64,000 bases of DNA. Origin: an uncultured Planktomarina sp. (GTDB lineage: Bacteria > Pseudomonadota > Alphaproteobacteria > Rhodobacterales > Rhodobacteraceae). The notes beneath the pieces were generated by a model. It was given only the letters and a program-made list of their open reading frames with translations, was not told the DNA's origin and did not search any database. Positions within the stretch are counted from its first letter, which is position 1. Every line of letters starts with the position of its first letter. Positions 62,540-64,000 of the stretch are shown here, in pieces. The DNA is taken from the NCBI GenBank assembly GCA_913047725.1, contig CAJWTH010000001.1, positions 91-64,090 of the forward strand, given 5' to 3'. Position numbers and translations under genes: made by a program.

Positions 62540-63373
62540 ATGGCACATGTTGTAAAACCCTCAAAGTTTGGGGCTTTTGGACGACCAGTACTGGCTTGGG
62601 TTGTTGGCTTACTATTTTTCTTCCCTATTTTTTGGATGGTGTTGACAAGTTTTAAAACTGATGCCGATGCGGTGAAACCAGAGTATTTACTCTTCTTCAA
62701 GCCGACCCTCGAAAACTATCTTAATATGACGCAGAACTATGATTACTGGCGTTTTGCTTCCAATTCAGTAATCACATCAGTTTTTGCGACGATATTTACG
62801 CTTTTTGTAGGTATTCCAGCCGCATACGCGATGGCATTCAACCCCAGCAGGGCAACCAAGGATATTTTAATTTGGATGCTATCTACCAAAATGCTACCAG
62901 CCGCGGCGGTGCTCTACCCGATGACGTTTCTAACAAAAAGTATGGGGCTATATGATACCCATTTTTTGATAATTATAGTCCTCAGCCTCATCAATTTACC
63001 TATCGTTGTCTGGATGCTTTTCACTTACTTCAAGGAGATACCAAAAGACATAATTGAGGCAAGTCAAATGGATGGGGTCAATACATGGGGTGAAATTAAA
63101 GAAATCCTTATTCCGTTGGCCTGGGGAGGAATCGTTTCTACTGCGCTCCTGTGCTTTATCTTCTGTTGGAACGAAGCATACTGGACTGTTCGCCTTACCA
63201 CTACCGATGCGGCCACCCTTTCGAAGCTAATTGAAGGCAATCGAGCCCCTGAAGGATTATTCTTTGGTCGCCTATCAGCTGTTTCGACAGCTGCTGTCGG
63301 GCCTATCGTCGTTCTTGGGTGGTTTTGTCAGAAACAACTGGTCAAAGGTCTAACCTTTGGCGCTGTGAAATAA
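62540..63373 (+). CDS. Polyol ABC transporter permease (SmoG-like)
   Basis: WMLSTKMLP, EASQMDG, PEGLFF, QKQLVKGLTFGAVK. Confidence 0.9.
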   Translation: MAHVVKPSKFGAFGRPVLAWVVGLLFFFPIFWMVLTSFKTDADAVKPEYLLFFKPTLENYLNMTQNYDYWRFASNSVITSVFATIFTLFVGIPAAYAMAFNPSRATKDILIWMLSTKMLPAAAVLYPMTFLTKSMGLYDTHFLIIIVLSLINLPIVVWMLFTYFKEIPKDIIEASQMDGVNTWGEIKEILIPLAWGGIVSTALLCFIFCWNEAYWTVRLTTTDAATLSKLIEGNRAPEGLFFGRLSAVSTAAVGPIVVLGWFCQKQLVKGLTFGAVK

Positions 63374-63382
63374 GGAAAGATA

Positions 63383-64000
63383 ATGGGACGTATCGTATTG
63401 GATAAAGTTTCAAAGAGTTTTGATAAAATACAGGTTATTCCACCTTTAGATTTAACGATAGAAGATGGAGAATTCACAGTATTCGTGGGCCCCTCTGGAT
63501 GTGGAAAATCTACGCTTCTGCGCATGATTGCAGGACTTGAGGATTTATCGGCGGGCACCATTTTTGTTGATAACGAAGATGTCACGCAAATTTCGCCATC
63601 AAAGCGCGGTTTAGCAATGGTTTTCCAGTCCTATGCACTCTATCCACACATGACAGTTCGCAAGAATATTGCCTTTCCTCTTCGCATGAAAAAAATGGAT
63701 CAAGTTGAGATTGATAAGCGCGTCGAGGCCGCAGCAAAATCTTTGAACTTATCTGATTATCTGGAGCGGAAACCGGGTCAGCTTTCAGGTGGTCAGCGTC
63801 AACGAGTTGCTATCGGGCGAGCCATTGTACGTGACCCTCTAGCCTTTCTCTTTGATGAGCCATTGTCGAACCTTGACGCTGCTTTAAGAGTGGGAATGCG
63901 GCTTGAGATTGCCGAAATGCATAAGCGTATGAATACAACGATGATTTACGTGACGCACGACCAAGTTGAAGCTATGACAATGGCAGACAAGATAGTTGTT
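63383..64000 (+). CDS. Sugar/polyol ABC transporter ATP-binding protein (SmoK/MalK-like), truncated by the window end
   Basis: Absent from the ORF track; my translation from ATG 63383 gives [56 protein letters not shown], open to the end. Confidence 0.93.
   Translation, partial: MGRIVLDKVSKSFDKIQVIPPLDLTIEDGEFTVFVGPSGCGKSTLLRMIAGLEDLSAGTIFVDNEDVTQISPSKRGLAMVFQSYALYPHMTVRKNIAFPLRMKKMDQVEIDKRVEAAAKSLNLSDYLERKPGQLSGGQRQRVAIGRAIVRDPLAFLFDEPLSNLDAALRVGMRLEIAEMHKRMNTTMIYVTHDQVEAMTMADKIVV

Overview
A 64 kb chromosomal segment of a low-GC (roughly low-40s % by eye), compact-genome marine-type Rhodobacteraceae (Roseobacter group; inferred from gene order and protein sequences). 1-25.8 kb is core genome: atpGDC, prs, ltaE, ycgN, ribF, maoC, HAD, ppaC, groESL with a CIRCE variant, purEK, sat/cysC, trxB/lrp, pgeF, NDUFAF7-like methyltransferase, lgt, ubiK, ybjN, proC and csaA. 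25.9-64 kb is a catabolic neighbourhood: argE, two orphan Rieske oxygenase alpha subunits, an aromatic amino-acid decarboxylase, aroQ, a phenylacetate (paa) cluster with both PaaR- and PaaX-type regulators, a PhyH dioxygenase, an orphan benzoate-CoA ligase/hydrolase/DUF309 trio, a cupin + Rieske + polyamine-type ABC module, gcvTHP, a class III aminotransferase, rhodanese, hmgA and a LacI-controlled polyol ABC transporter (truncated by the window end). I saw no rRNA, tRNA, CRISPR, IS or prophage. The most notable unannotated signals are: (1) three apparent deletion scars of lost genes in intergenic DNA (Hsp20/ibpA, an HCCA-isomerase/DsbA-family gene, and possibly boxC-boxB); (2) a DnaA-box plus tandem NrdR-box-like promoter in front of the uncharacterised ybjN-proC operon; (3) an uncharacterised cupin-Rieske-ABC module beside the glycine cleavage genes that may catabolise an unknown methylated amine or osmolyte. 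All homology calls come from motif recognition and recalled family consensus, not database searches.
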